64,000 nucleotides of DNA from Eukaryota sp. TZLM1-RC (GCA_040285825.1 JAUPSS010000009.1:186001-250000), one strand, 5' to 3'. Shown: positions 1-12,630, numbered from the stretch's first letter. The notes: a model not told the origin generated them from the sequence alone. Translations and numbers: made by a program.

Positions 1-1
1 C

Positions 2-457
2 ATTAAGTCTACTGAGCAATATATCCTCAAAAACGGGCTCAACAATGTTTCTGATCTCACAATTGAGAACGATACTGATGCAGTAGCGCGCTCCGCCAAA
101 AATATGGCTCAAAGCATTGGAGCCAAGGCTATTGTTAACTTCACTGAATCCGGGTTTAGTTCCCTTCGTTTATCCAGAACTCGTCCTGGTGTACCAATCA
201 TCGCAACTTCACCTCATCTCAGTGTTTTACGTTGCATAAATCTTGGTTATGGAATTCTTCCTGTGAAGTGTAATGGACTCAAGTCGTTTGATGAAATCCC
301 CAAGGTTGCTGCTTCAATCGCTCTTGATGCAGGTATCGGTGTCCAGCGTGGTGACAAGGTTGTTGTTGTTGCTGGTTGTCCTTTTGGTTTTTCTCAGGCC
401 AATGCTGAAGACTCTGATGTTAGGACCACTAGTTTTGTATTAATTGCTACTTGTTAG
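2..457 (+). CDS. PYK: Pyruvate kinase, C-terminal domain (5'-truncated by window edge)
   Basis: Frame open from the window start; DAVARSA...AKAIVNFTESGFSSLRLSRTRPGVPIIA...GDKVVVVAGCPFG matches the PK C-terminal alpha/beta domain. Confidence 0.9.
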   Translation: MKSTEQYILKNGLNNVSDLTIENDTDAVARSAKNMAQSIGAKAIVNFTESGFSSLRLSRTRPGVPIIATSPHLSVLRCINLGYGILPVKCNGLKSFDEIPKVAASIALDAGIGVQRGDKVVVVAGCPFGFSQANAEDSDVRTTSFVLIATC

Positions 458-604
458 TTTTTTTTGTTTCGGAATACACTAGTTTTAATCTCTATGATCA
501 ATGATTAATACTACAACAACCTTGATTACTATACACTTTAAAGATATCCGTGTCACCATGGATGGAAAGATACAATTGATAGTCAGTCTACAACTTTCTG
601 AACA

Positions 605-3600
605 ATGCCGCTTATTGATGTACCACAAACACCCTTTCCCTTCAAACGAGCCTCTCAAACACCTTTGTTGAATAAGGTGATCGAATATTCCCATATACCG
701 GTCTTCTTTCTCAACAACGGCAGCACAGGCACCAAAGAACCTCCAAGGACGTTCAAGAAGGAACCCTCAAATGATACTTCTCCAAAAACGAAATACAACA
801 CCCCTCATGACTATGAAATCCACGGTTTAGGTCCACTGACGGAGTTCACTGAAAACAATTCTCCATTGCTTGATGTTGGCAACTTAACCCCATCTTTAAA
901 TGATGATTCTCCTTGTCAAATGGCCTCTTCTGTTCCCAATGTTGAGAAAACACCAGTAGCCAATGTTCGCCTGAAACATCTACAAAACATTGACGTAACC
1001 CCTGAGAAGATGCCGAAAACACCTGCAGGGTTTCACTGCAATCATTTATTGCAACTATCTGGTATACCAAGACGATGGCAACGGTTGGTCAATGTGCACA
1101 ATGAAATCTCAGAATCAATGCAGGCAATTGATGTTATCGACAATGTTCCTCCTCCTCCCTTTGAGTGTCTCTCTAGCGAAAAAGCGCTTGAGCTGTGGTT
1201 AGTTGAGAATCGTTCATATGTCGATCAACGCCTTGCCTCAACTTCACTTCAGCAGTTCCGAGCAATTTGCTTCAAGAGAGTGTTAAACAATTCTGTCAAG
1301 TCGATACTCACCTCAAGTATAAAGGACTATGTTGCTGCTGATTGTGTCGTGGATGGAAATGCTGCGAAAACAGTCGTTTTTTTAAGCTTTGCTCGACTTC
1401 TTTCGATATCCGAAATATCAACTCTCATCGGTGAAAAACTTGCTCAACTGCAGGACTCTCAGTTTGCACGTTCTCTTTTCAAAGATGCTGGATGGCTACG
1501 TCAAGTAATCTGTGAGGTCATGTCAACCAACGATGAAGTCAAATCTATTCCTAGACCATTTTCGTCTCTTCATCTAGAGGACCCTCTCCTCAAACTTGCT
1601 TGTACTAATCCAATATCGTTCTGTTCCCGTATGATTAGGAGTTCTCTTCATGATTGGACATGTCATAGTTCACTTTACATTAATTCAATAATAGAAAAAT
1701 TGCACTTTTTTGATACAGATCCGGTTCTGAATCAAACAGTTATCACAGAATTATGTACAATCATTGAATCTTTTCCTTTCCAATTTTCTGAAGAAGAAGC
1801 AGTTGAATTTGATTCTGCCAATGGTTATGTAATTAATCTAAAAGCAATCATCAAAACTTTAACAAATATTATCAATCTGTTTGTTGATAATTTCACGGTG
1901 GAACCAACTGATGACTTGACTCAAATGATAGAGTTGATTGCCAAAAATGTTTTTCAAATTCCTTTCCAAAATTTATCTTTCAATTTGGCATTCTATCGAT
2001 TGGTCAAGTGCTTTTTAAACTACAATGATGATCATCTTGCATTTCTATTTCCATTGCATAGCTTTTCTCGCAACCAACATGATCAGCATGAGTTTGAGTA
2101 CATTACTGATCCTGGAAAAATATATCAACTAAAGTATGTATGTGATAGAGTTAAAGATTTTCCAAACTTTTGGGGGAGTTTGATCTTAGCTCAAGCCGCC
2201 ACCACTGCTTTGTCTCTCTCAAGGAGCTTTTCTGATGGCTTATTATTGTTGCACGATTCGTTATCTCATTTTCTTTGCAACTTGGAGACGATGGAGCTCA
2301 CCATAATGGAACAATCCCAACAAGAAGAAACTCAAAAATTCATTGAAGAAGTGTTTAATCTTTACGTTGTGGCATACAATGGAGTTAATGGCGTGAGCCA
2401 GGGTTTGTATTTACTGAACCAAATTGTGCTTGATGAGGATCTAGACCACCCTCTCTGTAAGATGCTCAATAATTTTTCCTTTTTAAAACCGGTTGTTTTC
2501 AAATACATAGCAATAGGACGTTCTTTGAGTCCAATTTCTGATGTAGTTTTGAAATTCAATCAATGCTTGATTGATTTAATTGATTTAATTGTTGCAAATG
2601 TTTCTTTTGCGATTGGTGATTTTAGAGGAGCATTGGATTGTTTAATTAAAAGTTGCACTTTTCAAAATGATTTCCATTTTTCTAAAAGCAAGATTTCAGT
2701 CACTTTTGAAGACCTGTGCTTGACATTCATTCAGTATTGCAAGGACAGATCCACAGATTCAGATTTTCTTATTGAAGTTGGTGATTTCATTCTAGATTTT
2801 TATCCATCTTGCCCATTGAAACTGCCCGTGATCAGTGAAATTCCAAATTATATGGCAGAAATTTTAAACAGAGTTCCAATTAAAAACAATGGCGATTCAG
2901 AAACAAACAATTTCGAAAGCGTATTCAAACAGCGATTGTCAATGCTATTTTCTAAATATCTACTCTGTCTTGGCTTAGAGCGAGATGAATTTTTGAATTT
3001 TGATTTTTCCAAATTAATTAAAGTTGCCACCATTTCAAAGACCAAAGTTCATGAATTCTATTCTTCATACCCCTTCATTTTAAATTTAATTACTCTTTAC
3101 GTTGACCAGTGCATATCCAAACAATGTTATGCAGATGCACTTCGATTAACAATGATAAATTTTTCCATAACAATGGTGGTCTTTTCTACCAACAAAGATT
3201 TACTTGCACCAACTCTCGCTCTATTGAAAAAAACGTTTTTGGCAAGGGGAAATTCAACTAGAGTCTACTTCAATACGTTACAAGATATCCAATTGGTGAT
3301 TACTAGTACTCCTATTAAAAGAATAATTACGACTAAAGTTTTAGAAAAATTAATTGATTTTGAACTTGCCAATACCAAAAAAGTTTTAGCTAACAGAGAC
3401 TCTTTATTTCAAGTGATTAGCGTGTATTCTTTTTATTTATTGGTTTTGGTACTCTTTGTCATTTTTGGACCTTCGTTACTCTCATTAGTTGATCATTGGC
3501 TCGATTATGCCCCAGTTTTTGTCTTTGGGGCGTTTCTTTTAGAAAATGTCATCTTTTTAATCTGTTTAATCACGACGTCTTGGCCGCTATCCAGCCCTTC

Positions 3601-5786
3601 ACATGACAAAATGCAAAAGAAGAAGTTTCTTTTGGAGAGGAAAGCAAACCTTAAACAAGTTTCTCTGCTCATAACATGTCACAATAGCGCCATTGCCGTA
3701 CCACCAACCTTAGAAGCTGCCCTCAAGGTATTTCCCCCTGAAAATATTTACATTTGTGATAATGGTAACAGTAAAGTACCCACCGATAATACTAAAGATG
3801 TTGTTCATTCCATGTGTTCTAAAGTCAATTACCTTTGGATATCAGAAGGTTCAAAAACAATGGCTTGCTACGTGGCATCAAAATTTCATGCTGTGACACC
3901 TTATGTGTTAGTTATAGACGATGATGTTTTGCTACCAGAAAAATTCTCAATTGATGTCTCCAAATTTGATGATGTAACAAAGGCAATTGCAATCACAATT
4001 GCAGCTGCCAACACAAGATCAAGTAACGGAAAACATCTCCCCGTCGTGGAATTTCAAAGTTTAGAATACCTAACAGCTGGATTTTCTAAATTATTTCAAA
4101 GTCAATATGGGTCTGCATTGTTCTGTCATGGAGCCATCGGATGTTGGGAAAGAAGTACCTATGTTAAGGTTCTAGAACGGCACAATGGAGTTTGTTTTTT
4201 TGTATTCTCCTATTAATTTCAGGTATTTAGGGCTGAAGATTTGACATGCGGGATAATTTTGGTTTGTTCTTTGTTTAATTAGATTTTAATCATAGCAAGA
4301 ATTAGGAAAAGGGTATAGAATTGAAACAATTGGACATGATGTAATCACCACTGTTGTTCCAAATCACTGGGTATGCAAAAGACTGTTTCGTTGTAAATGT
4401 CCAGAGGCTTCACTGGTTAAACAAAGATGTACTTCATGGGAACCTGGATCCCACAGAATTATTTTGAGAATGGTCAAGTTGTTACTGTTTTATTGGTCGA
4501 GGCCAAATTTGATTTTAAAACCATTCCTAATTTATGATCTTTATTGTGTTATTATGGATTATGTTAAAATATTGTTTATTTGGTATATTATTTGGCAAGA
4601 TCCTTGGCCTGTTTTTGTAGGTTTGGTACTTTCTTTTATCGTTTATGAAATATTATTATTAGTTTTCAACTATTTCACTCTGAGAAATCGTCCAGATCTA
4701 CAGAATCGTTTAATGATAATATTATCATTTCCTATCTACCGTTTTATTTCCCAATTGTTTAGAGTTGTGGGGCTTTTATATAATTTACTTTATTACGTAC
4801 CGTTTTCCAGGACTCCCGACGTTTATGCTAATAGAAACGATCTGCCAGAGGACGAAACCACTGATTACAATGTCCATTCTCCCATTGTACCAGTGGATTC
4901 AAACCTTCCTTTTAGTGAAAACATTGATGATGATAACGAGGAAGATCAGGCTGTTTGTGATCATTCCAAGATGGACTACACTTTAAACTCTTTGTTTTTT
5001 GTTATCAGGAAAATTTTGTTTGGATCAGCACTTTATGTCCCCTTTTTTGAGTCTAATCAATCATTAATGATTATTAATAATCAGTCAGAATTGATGAATA
5101 TCCTCCTTAATGTAGTACAATTCATGGTACCTTATGTTGAATCTGGAAAACAATCTGAATTGATTCTTCAGAAAATCATGGAAAATTGGTCATGTTCAAC
5201 ATCAATGTTTAAAAAATCTAAATTGTCTTTTAATGATTTAATATCTTTCCAATTCCTAAAAACCATTGAATTAATATTTGGAGCATTTTCTGATAAGATC
5301 AAACTGGTAGTACCATTTGAAGATGAAATTTTTGAAATATCTTCCAATTATTCATTCAAAAATGTAACTGAAATTACAAATAATGAAATTTTATTGATAA
5401 TCCCCAACTTAGAAATGCTGACTTTTGATACTCCATGCACATACTCCTATATCAGAATTAGGCCAATTACTAAGGAAATACTGATTTTCTATCAAAAAGA
5501 ACTATCAAAAAGTGTCAACAATATCGTTAATTTACTAAATTACAGAGTTCCGGATTGGAAATTTCAAGATATGACTTTAAGTCAAGCATTCATAATACAA
5601 GAAAATCTACAACTGAAAGGTTCAATTCCTGAAATTATTAATGCTAATGCATCATTTAGTATCAAAGATTTCTTATCAAAAATAGCAACCAAATCAGAAG
5701 AATCAGATGATGTGATGATTTACGAATTGATTGATGGTCAAAAAGTGATTGTTTCTGATTCATTTATTCAATTATTTGAGAAATAA
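605..5786 (+). CDS. Processive family-2 glycosyltransferase (polysaccharide synthase-like) with long N-terminal extension; exons 605-4189, 4223-4261, 4296-5786 (~1700 aa)
   Basis: TM helices, then LLITCHNS, YICDNG, GSK, VIDDD, QSLEY, HGAIGCW. Splicing two GT-AG introns adds FRAEDL (catalytic ED) and KQRCTSW (QxxRW-equivalent) and joins the 4464 ORF, with its C-terminal TM helices, in frame. Confidence 0.85.
4190..4222 (+). other. Spliceosomal intron, 33 nt
   Basis: GTTTGT...TATTAATTTCAG; contains the in-frame TAA that ends the 605 ORF; removal restores the GT2 motifs. Confidence 0.85.
4262..4295 (+). other. Spliceosomal intron, 34 nt
   Basis: GTTTGT...TTTAATCATAG; removal puts exon 3 in frame with the 4464-5786 ORF. 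Confidence 0.85.
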
Positions 5787-5851
5787 ATCAATTGTTCTTG
5801 AAATTAAATTCAACTCCAATAACTTAAATTAAATTCACCCAAACCCAATTC

Positions 5852-8800
5852 CTAACTGTTCCCAACAATACGTTCAAATTCCTCAAACACTGTAATAAAT
5901 TTCTGCTTACTTTCCTTTGCCAATGATTCAAGATGAACTTGAAGGCCAAGTAATTCTTTTGAACAATGTTTCCTATGAATTTTCAACACCGAGCCCAACA
6001 ATTCGAAATGTTGCTTCATCAAAGAGTTCAGCTCAATCAAATCAGCCTTGTATCCATCATCGAGAAATTGATTGACCTTATCAGGGTCAAGAAACACCTT
6101 GGCATATCTGGCAATTCCACCATTAATAGAAGCTTCTACACAACCTTGAAGAATCATAGAGACTGAATCCACAGATGTTAAGCTTGATTTTAATAAATCT
6201 TCAGAAATAACATCTCGGAGTTGAGAATTTTTTTGGGAAATGGTAACGCAGGCTGACTCGATAGGGCCTATGGACCTACTAAATTTATTAACAATTGGAA
6301 CCCTTATCAAGGAACACGGGAAGGAACGTTCGCAAACGAAATATTCAAATACTGTGCGGAGACATGTGACTTCCTTGTCTTCGGCATTGTTTTCATCAAT
6401 GATTTCAGCTCTACTGACCACAAAAACCTTGCATTCTGTGGTGTTGGCAGTGGTGGTGTATGCAATCGGGGGCTCTGATAACAAAGAATAGTTGGATTTT
6501 GATAAACTAAATGAACATTCACATTCATTAAAATCAGTACTGCACCAAAAACAATTTGGAAACTGCTTGTTAGACTTGCTGAGGAAAGGAACAGGAACTT
6601 CTTGATTGGATAATACTTGATTTTGTTCATTATTTTCAGTTAATTCAACTATTTGGTTCTGAATAACAGAATCGACAGGTTGAACTGAAGTGACTTGAAT
6701 TACAGGGTTATTTAGTTGCTTAAGGCTAACCTTGGATCTTTTTTGGTAAAGTTTGGCATTAGGAAATTCAGCTTGCAACTTTGCGACAAACTCAGCCAGT
6801 CGCTCCCCCACGCATGAATGGTAAACGTAATCAGTAACGGAAACACTACCCTTGACAGAAGGATCAGCGGTGTAAAAGGAAACTCGATAATAAGCTGGTA
6901 TCGGAAGTCGGTCAGAATACGACTTGACTACAATCGACTGATTGTGTAAACAGTCAGAAACTGTTTGAAAGTCATTGAATTTTAATGCCTCTTTCTTGAG
7001 CAAATCGTATGTTTGGAAAGACTTGGTTAAGAGGTAAGATTCTCTATATAATTCAGCTGCCTCTCTCAAATATTTAATTTTCTTAGAATAATCAAAAGTT
7101 GACAAACCAAGACCAACAGCATATGATTCTAAGCAAAAAGCTGCCTCAGAGAGATGTTTTGATTCCTTTAACAAATTTTCTAGGCGAATCATATGGAATT
7201 CATAGAGTTTTTTGAGTTTAATATTGGCTGAAAACTCTAATATCGACTGAGTGGCTTCTACAGTTTCTGGTAGCTGGTAAAGGGCTGTAGATCTGTTTTT
7301 AAGTTCAACTAAAAGTCCAAAAAGATCTTGACAAACGTTGACTAAAAATCGTGACACTTCCCAAATTTTGTCGAAATTATCAAAATTTAAATATTTGGTT
7401 CTCACTTCTGGCAAAATTGATCCAATTGAGGTAATAAAGGTCTGGTGACAATGACGGTGAACTGCTTCAACAAAGGAAGTCAGCACTATTCTTGGACAAT
7501 CAAATTCTGATAGAGGGTCAGAATTACTGATCAGGTCAACAAGAATCTTGATGACTATAGATACTCCATTCTTTCTGATTTCCGAAACATTACTTGATAG
7601 TAATTCCAAAGCTCTCGGCAAAACTTTGGGGTAAAGCACTTGAACATCTGAATAGTCTAAATTTCCCCAAATTTCAACGATCAAATTAGATAGATCTTGA
7701 CGATAATCATAGAGCCGAGTTTCCGAGTTAAAAACTGAGGGTCGGGAATGTGAACTAGGAACAGAAAGTCCAGACAAAATACACGAGAATAAAGAATTCA
7801 AAAGTGGAAGAGAAGGTGAAAGTTCTAAATTTTGATACACAAACCCCAAAATTTCATGAAAAAGTGCATTTGAAAGATTATGTAGGTGAACTGAGTTGGC
7901 TGGAAATGGAGGATAGTGATAAAAATAAGTAATTCCGAAAAACAACCAAGAAATAGAGATCACTCCATTGTTTAAACCCAAATATTTGGCAGAATTGACG
8001 GTTGTCGTATGACCTTGAAAATTTTCGTCGCAAGATTGAATTAAAGAATTCTTAATAACATTTTCCAATTGATTAAACTTTGACAGCAGTTTTATAGTAC
8101 CTACAACAAGCCCTTCCAGAGCATGGCAACACTGAGCTTGAGGGGGGTCTAGTGATCTAGTACTGAAGAGGGTAAGTAAAAGAAAAGGAATTGCTCCAAA
8201 AAGATAATTACTTACATCTGGTGTAATGAATCTCGAATTTAATTCTAATCCAGAGAGCAAATCAATAAACGTGATAATTGCCGAATGCCTTGTTGTTAAC
8301 GATGATAATAAGCCCAAAATACAGGTAACAATCGATGGAAAGAGAGAATTGATGTCAGAAAAATTAGGAAATTCATGTTTAATTATTGAGCTAATCCAAC
8401 AAAGAATTAATTCACTACTTTGAATGCTTTCGATTGAAACAACACTGATTAAAGGAGGGGCTATAGGTAGGGTAATTGTTAATGGGAAGTCTTCTCCTGG
8501 AAGGTAATTACCTGGATCAAACGGTTCTGGTGAGGGCAATGCTATCCAAGGAGCCAACGGGAGGAGGAGAGCGCCAGAGGACAGAGTAGTTGAGGAAAGC
8601 GAATCAAATAGAGAATCCAGAAAAAGATAACACTGCTGTGGAGTGACCAATTCAGATTTAGGTGAGTTACAGTACTGAAATCCTTTAGACAAACCCATCA
8701 AGATAGAAACCCTAGCATAGGGATCAAACCCACCAGGACTGGACATCCTTAAACAACCACAACAATTAATTAAAAGCTTATTAATTAATTTAATATCAAG

Positions 8801-11419
8801 AGGGGAATTATTTAACTTGTTTGCCAGTAAAAGAAAAGGAAAAAGACATCTTAAAGATCTTAGACCTTGAGCAATAGTGTTTTGCTTGACAACAGTACTA
8901 TTTTTGATTAATTCAGAAATTTCGATTAATAAAGTTAGTATTCTGTTCCCTAGCTGTAATGAGTAAAACTCTTCAAATGAAGGAAGTTTGTGAAGAATGA
9001 AAGCTTCAACTGAACCTCTGAATAAAGCCAGTCTGCTTTGGGTATCGTGATAGGCATGGTCAAAAAGTCGAGCAAAAGTCCAAATTACCATGTGACCAAG
9101 CTTGACCTGTAAAGATTTTCCTTGACCAAGAATGGCCGAGTCATCCTTGATTGGGACAGAAGAAGAGTATTCGTTATCGACAGCCAGAGCAGAAACAAGC
9201 CTAAAACAAACTAAGCCAAAATTCTGTAGAGTTTCCCCAATCGGAGCATCTAGGAGGACAGCAACGGCATTACGAACAATAGAGGGCTTGGGAGGGTTGT
9301 CATCAGTCCAATATTTTGGAGAAGAGATCAAGTTTGTGGGAACTAGTGGCGGACAGCTTAAATACTCAGTAGAAGCAGCGGACAGTGAAATATTCAAATA
9401 CTGGCTCATCACATAATCAGGAGAAGGCGTAAACGTGATATTTGATTGGCTCATAATAGTACTACGAGGAATATTCTTTAGCAAATCTTTGATAATAGAA
9501 TTAGGTGACGGTAATCTTCCATTATGAACTGTGTGCAAAGGAATTGGGTAATTTAAAAAAGACAAAAAGTACTCATCAGAGCAAAAGGGAATGAAGCCAA
9601 CAGCAAAGGCAGAATCCCTTCCTCGAGTGGAAGAAACATGCCGGAAAACAACTCGAAGGTAGCATTCATTGAGGAGTTTAGGTTTCAATTTAATAGCCAA
9701 GGTAATTTCAAACTTTGGATCATCAGAATGATAAACGACTGGCAATCGAACTGGGTGATCACGTTGGCTGCCGTCACCTTGAAAGCCATAATACTGCTCA
9801 ATGACACACGGTCCATACAAATGAGGACTAATCAGAGCACTGGAATCTTTTAGTTCCTTTCCATACCTATCCACAACACAAACTTCAGGTTCAATGTTCC
9901 TTGCTGAAGTTTTATTGTTGTTTTTGTAAGAGAGACAAACTGCTGAGTGGATAGTAAAGTAGATAGAATGCTTAGAGTACAATGAAGAACATGGTTCAGG
10001 CAGTGTTAAAAAAGGCAAGTTAACCAAATCATGGTGGTCATCCTGTCCAATCAATGCGGATAAAGACATTCGAACTCTAAAAGGTTGTCTTGAATTGGGA
10101 GGGTAACCATTGACAAGTTCCTTATGTAAAGAGGGAGCTTCGGTCGAGGAAGTAGGTGAAACGAGTTTAATATTGACATCAGAGTCATTAGTGAAGATAG
10201 TTTCAACTACATTGGAGACGTTGAAAACACCAACGGCGAGAGGAACCAAAACAGAAGTAAAGGCAGTGGGAGCATCTTTACCTCCTTTACGCAGGAGAGA
10301 AGAGTAATCAGAGACAGGTGGGGTAACGTGGCAAAGACGGACAACAAGGAAGATATCAGTGGAGAGAGCAATATCAGACTGAATGGAAGAAAAAAGAAAG
10401 GAAGAGGCATCGTGAAGAGAATTGTGAACCAACTTACCATCTTGATCTAGTGGAATGACCAGAGTTTCGGAGAGGGAAGCATCGTCAGAAGAAGAGTAAA
10501 GAAAGAGGTGAAGGTAAGAACGATGTGAGTGTTCTTCAGCAAAGCCGTCGTCAAGTGCTTTGGAGAAGAGAGGATGTGACGATGTGGTTGATGAAGATGT
10601 TCCTTTGAGAGAATCTACGCCAACAACTGAGAAGATACGGAGACGCAGGGAAAATACAGCAGCAGAGAGGAGGGTGGAATAAATGTCAGGAGAATCATCA
10701 GATAGTGGAGGAACAGGCGGTACAATCACCGGTGACTGACAAAGAGAATTGTAAGACGAAGATGAAATGAAAGACAGTGGCTTGGAGTCAAAATTATGAT
10801 CAGCGCGGTCTGAAAAGGGTTCTTCCAGATAGGAAGAACTTCGGAGAGATTTTGGGGATAGCGCGGGTAGATGGGAACCAAGAAAGGGAATGATGCCTAC
10901 ACTGTCAAGAGATGCGGGAGATCCGTCAGACGCTGACCTGAGATAGGTATCTAAACCCAGTTCCTGACTACCAGCGCCTATAAGATCGAGAATCTCGTCT
11001 TTTAAAGTTAAACTGGCTTCGTCATTGTCATACAACGTGGTTAACTGACGCCGCAGTGCAGCTAAGCGTTGTATATATTTATTCACCGTCTTAGATTGTT
11101 CAGGATATTTATTGACAACTGAACGCCATGTTTTAATTACTGAAAAAATCTCACTATGAATAATAGATGTAGTTGTGCTTACAGGTAGAGATAGAGGAGA
11201 CTGGGGGTTCATACTTAAGTCGGAAGTTTCTATAATACAATCAGTAGGGAAAATGCCAACCTTGGAACGGTCACAGTGGAGATGGCCACGGATCCATTGC
11301 TGTTCAAAGCGACGAAGAAGCACTACTCGATCACCAACATTTAAAGGCAGTTGATTAGGACCGAAAGGACAAAATGAGGATATACAAATGGCGGTGCCAG
11401 ATGCATCCAGCCAGCTCAT
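5852..11419 (-). CDS. DOCK-family Rac/Cdc42 GEF (SH3 + DHR1 C2 + DHR2; DOCK1-5-like)
   Basis: N-terminal SH3 (LPLNVGDRV...WIRG...GIFP), DHR1 (VVYHSDDPKF...LRVVFRHVSS), DHR2 (LQGCVEASINGGIARYAKVFL). Confidence 0.92.
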   Translation of the reverse strand: MSWLDASGTAICISSFCPFGPNQLPLNVGDRVVLLRRFEQQWIRGHLHCDRSKVGIFPTDCIIETSDLSMNPQSPLSLPVSTTTSIIHSEIFSVIKTWRSVVNKYPEQSKTVNKYIQRLAALRRQLTTLYDNDEASLTLKDEILDLIGAGSQELGLDTYLRSASDGSPASLDSVGIIPFLGSHLPALSPKSLRSSSYLEEPFSDRADHNFDSKPLSFISSSSYNSLCQSPVIVPPVPPLSDDSPDIYSTLLSAAVFSLRLRIFSVVGVDSLKGTSSSTTSSHPLFSKALDDGFAEEHSHRSYLHLFLYSSSDDASLSETLVIPLDQDGKLVHNSLHDASSFLFSSIQSDIALSTDIFLVVRLCHVTPPVSDYSSLLRKGGKDAPTAFTSVLVPLAVGVFNVSNVVETIFTNDSDVNIKLVSPTSSTEAPSLHKELVNGYPPNSRQPFRVRMSLSALIGQDDHHDLVNLPFLTLPEPCSSLYSKHSIYFTIHSAVCLSYKNNNKTSARNIEPEVCVVDRYGKELKDSSALISPHLYGPCVIEQYYGFQGDGSQRDHPVRLPVVYHSDDPKFEITLAIKLKPKLLNECYLRVVFRHVSSTRGRDSAFAVGFIPFCSDEYFLSFLNYPIPLHTVHNGRLPSPNSIIKDLLKNIPRSTIMSQSNITFTPSPDYVMSQYLNISLSAASTEYLSCPPLVPTNLISSPKYWTDDNPPKPSIVRNAVAVLLDAPIGETLQNFGLVCFRLVSALAVDNEYSSSVPIKDDSAILGQGKSLQVKLGHMVIWTFARLFDHAYHDTQSRLALFRGSVEAFILHKLPSFEEFYSLQLGNRILTLLIEISELIKNSTVVKQNTIAQGLRSLRCLFPFLLLANKLNNSPLDIKLINKLLINCCGCLRMSSPGGFDPYARVSILMGLSKGFQYCNSPKSELVTPQQCYLFLDSLFDSLSSTTLSSGALLLPLAPWIALPSPEPFDPGNYLPGEDFPLTITLPIAPPLISVVSIESIQSSELILCWISSIIKHEFPNFSDINSLFPSIVTCILGLLSSLTTRHSAIITFIDLLSGLELNSRFITPDVSNYLFGAIPFLLLTLFSTRSLDPPQAQCCHALEGLVVGTIKLLSKFNQLENVIKNSLIQSCDENFQGHTTTVNSAKYLGLNNGVISISWLFFGITYFYHYPPFPANSVHLHNLSNALFHEILGFVYQNLELSPSLPLLNSLFSCILSGLSVPSSHSRPSVFNSETRLYDYRQDLSNLIVEIWGNLDYSDVQVLYPKVLPRALELLSSNVSEIRKNGVSIVIKILVDLISNSDPLSEFDCPRIVLTSFVEAVHRHCHQTFITSIGSILPEVRTKYLNFDNFDKIWEVSRFLVNVCQDLFGLLVELKNRSTALYQLPETVEATQSILEFSANIKLKKLYEFHMIRLENLLKESKHLSEAAFCLESYAVGLGLSTFDYSKKIKYLREAAELYRESYLLTKSFQTYDLLKKEALKFNDFQTVSDCLHNQSIVVKSYSDRLPIPAYYRVSFYTADPSVKGSVSVTDYVYHSCVGERLAEFVAKLQAEFPNAKLYQKRSKVSLKQLNNPVIQVTSVQPVDSVIQNQIVELTENNEQNQVLSNQEVPVPFLSKSNKQFPNCFWCSTDFNECECSFSLSKSNYSLLSEPPIAYTTTANTTECKVFVVSRAEIIDENNAEDKEVTCLRTVFEYFVCERSFPCSLIRVPIVNKFSRSIGPIESACVTISQKNSQLRDVISEDLLKSSLTSVDSVSMILQGCVEASINGGIARYAKVFLDPDKVNQFLDDGYKADLIELNSLMKQHFELLGSVLKIHRKHCSKELLGLQVHLESLAKESKQKFITVFEEFERIVGNS

Positions 11420-11609
11420 AAACTAATGGGTATGAATAAGGGTATTGGGTGAGAAAAAAATTACTTTAAAATTATTGAAAATAATAATTAACATTAAATT
11501 AAACTGACAAAACTAAACAACTAATTTCAAGAGTTGAAAAATCGACAAAAAATCTTGAGAAGTATAACAAAAATAACAAAAGATAAGTTGAAAACTCCCA
11601 TCACAAAAC

Positions 11610-12323
11610 TCAAGTCTTTTTCAATAAATAACAATGAACCGGTCCTCTAACTGCCTCATTTCCAGCATACTTTGACTCATCTTCAAATAAAGGTTCAAAG
11701 CTGGTATCTGTTTCAAAATGTTCAACGAAAAGCCCTTGAGAAGAGCAAACCTCAAAAAATTGCAAATCTTGCTGAACATAACAGGGACGATGATGAGAGA
11801 ATGCGAATATAGCCACACTACTAGGTCCCAATAATGAACTAATGGTAGATGCTAGAGATTCGTGACAAGAATGATTAAACACTAAATCACTGCATATGAT
11901 AATATCAGGTGTTCCACCCAAACTCTGAATCACATCCTCTACTGGATTTCCCCATATCAATGGCTGGATAAAAAACTTGGAAAAACCATTAGATTGACAG
12001 TTGAAGCGGATGTTCTCAAGTACTTTAGGCTCAGGATAATCAGTGAAGCAGACAGTGGCACCACAAATACCAGCGAATAGACCAACAAGACCAGAACCAG
12101 AACCGAGTTCAACAATCGTTTTGTTATTGCAATCAAAAGTCTTGTTGAAGATTTTATTACAAAGATATCGGGCTGCATTGCTCACAACGTGTCCCCATAG
12201 AGCAGTAGTTCCAAGATTTCTCATTTGTAGTGAGATACTGCCATATGAGAACGTCTGAAAAGTAGGTTTTGGTGATTCAGGATAAAAATCATCTGGATCA
12301 GAGAAGAGATTGGTCTCCTCCAT
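11610..12323 (-). CDS. EFM7: Protein N-methyltransferase EFM7/NNT1 (family 16 MTase)
   Basis: LWGHVVSNAA, VELGSGSGL, TDYP, SDLVFNHSCH and FSHHRP motifs. Confidence 0.85.
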   Translation of the reverse strand: MEETNLFSDPDDFYPESPKPTFQTFSYGSISLQMRNLGTTALWGHVVSNAARYLCNKIFNKTFDCNNKTIVELGSGSGLVGLFAGICGATVCFTDYPEPKVLENIRFNCQSNGFSKFFIQPLIWGNPVEDVIQSLGGTPDIIICSDLVFNHSCHESLASTISSLLGPSSVAIFAFSHHRPCYVQQDLQFFEVCSSQGLFVEHFETDTSFEPLFEDESKYAGNEAVRGPVHCYLLKKT

Positions 12324-12630
12324 GATAGTAGATGTTGCCTATATCAAAGTAGGGAGTATGAAAGTAAATGGAATTACATTTTGAACTTCCTCTTTGAAGG
12401 AAATATGACAAGAAAAATTGTACTTAGAAGTATTAATTAAATTAATTTACTCAGTTGATTCAGTACTGTGTATGTTGTAATGATGTGCTTTTATTATTTG
12501 GTTGATAATGGCTATATTTTCCCAAAGATATTACTAAGGCATAACATGGTGCCGAATAAGTGCCAACAACTGAAGAAATATTCAAATGTAGAAAAACTCT
12601 TGAAATGATGCTTTATTATCACATTAGAGA

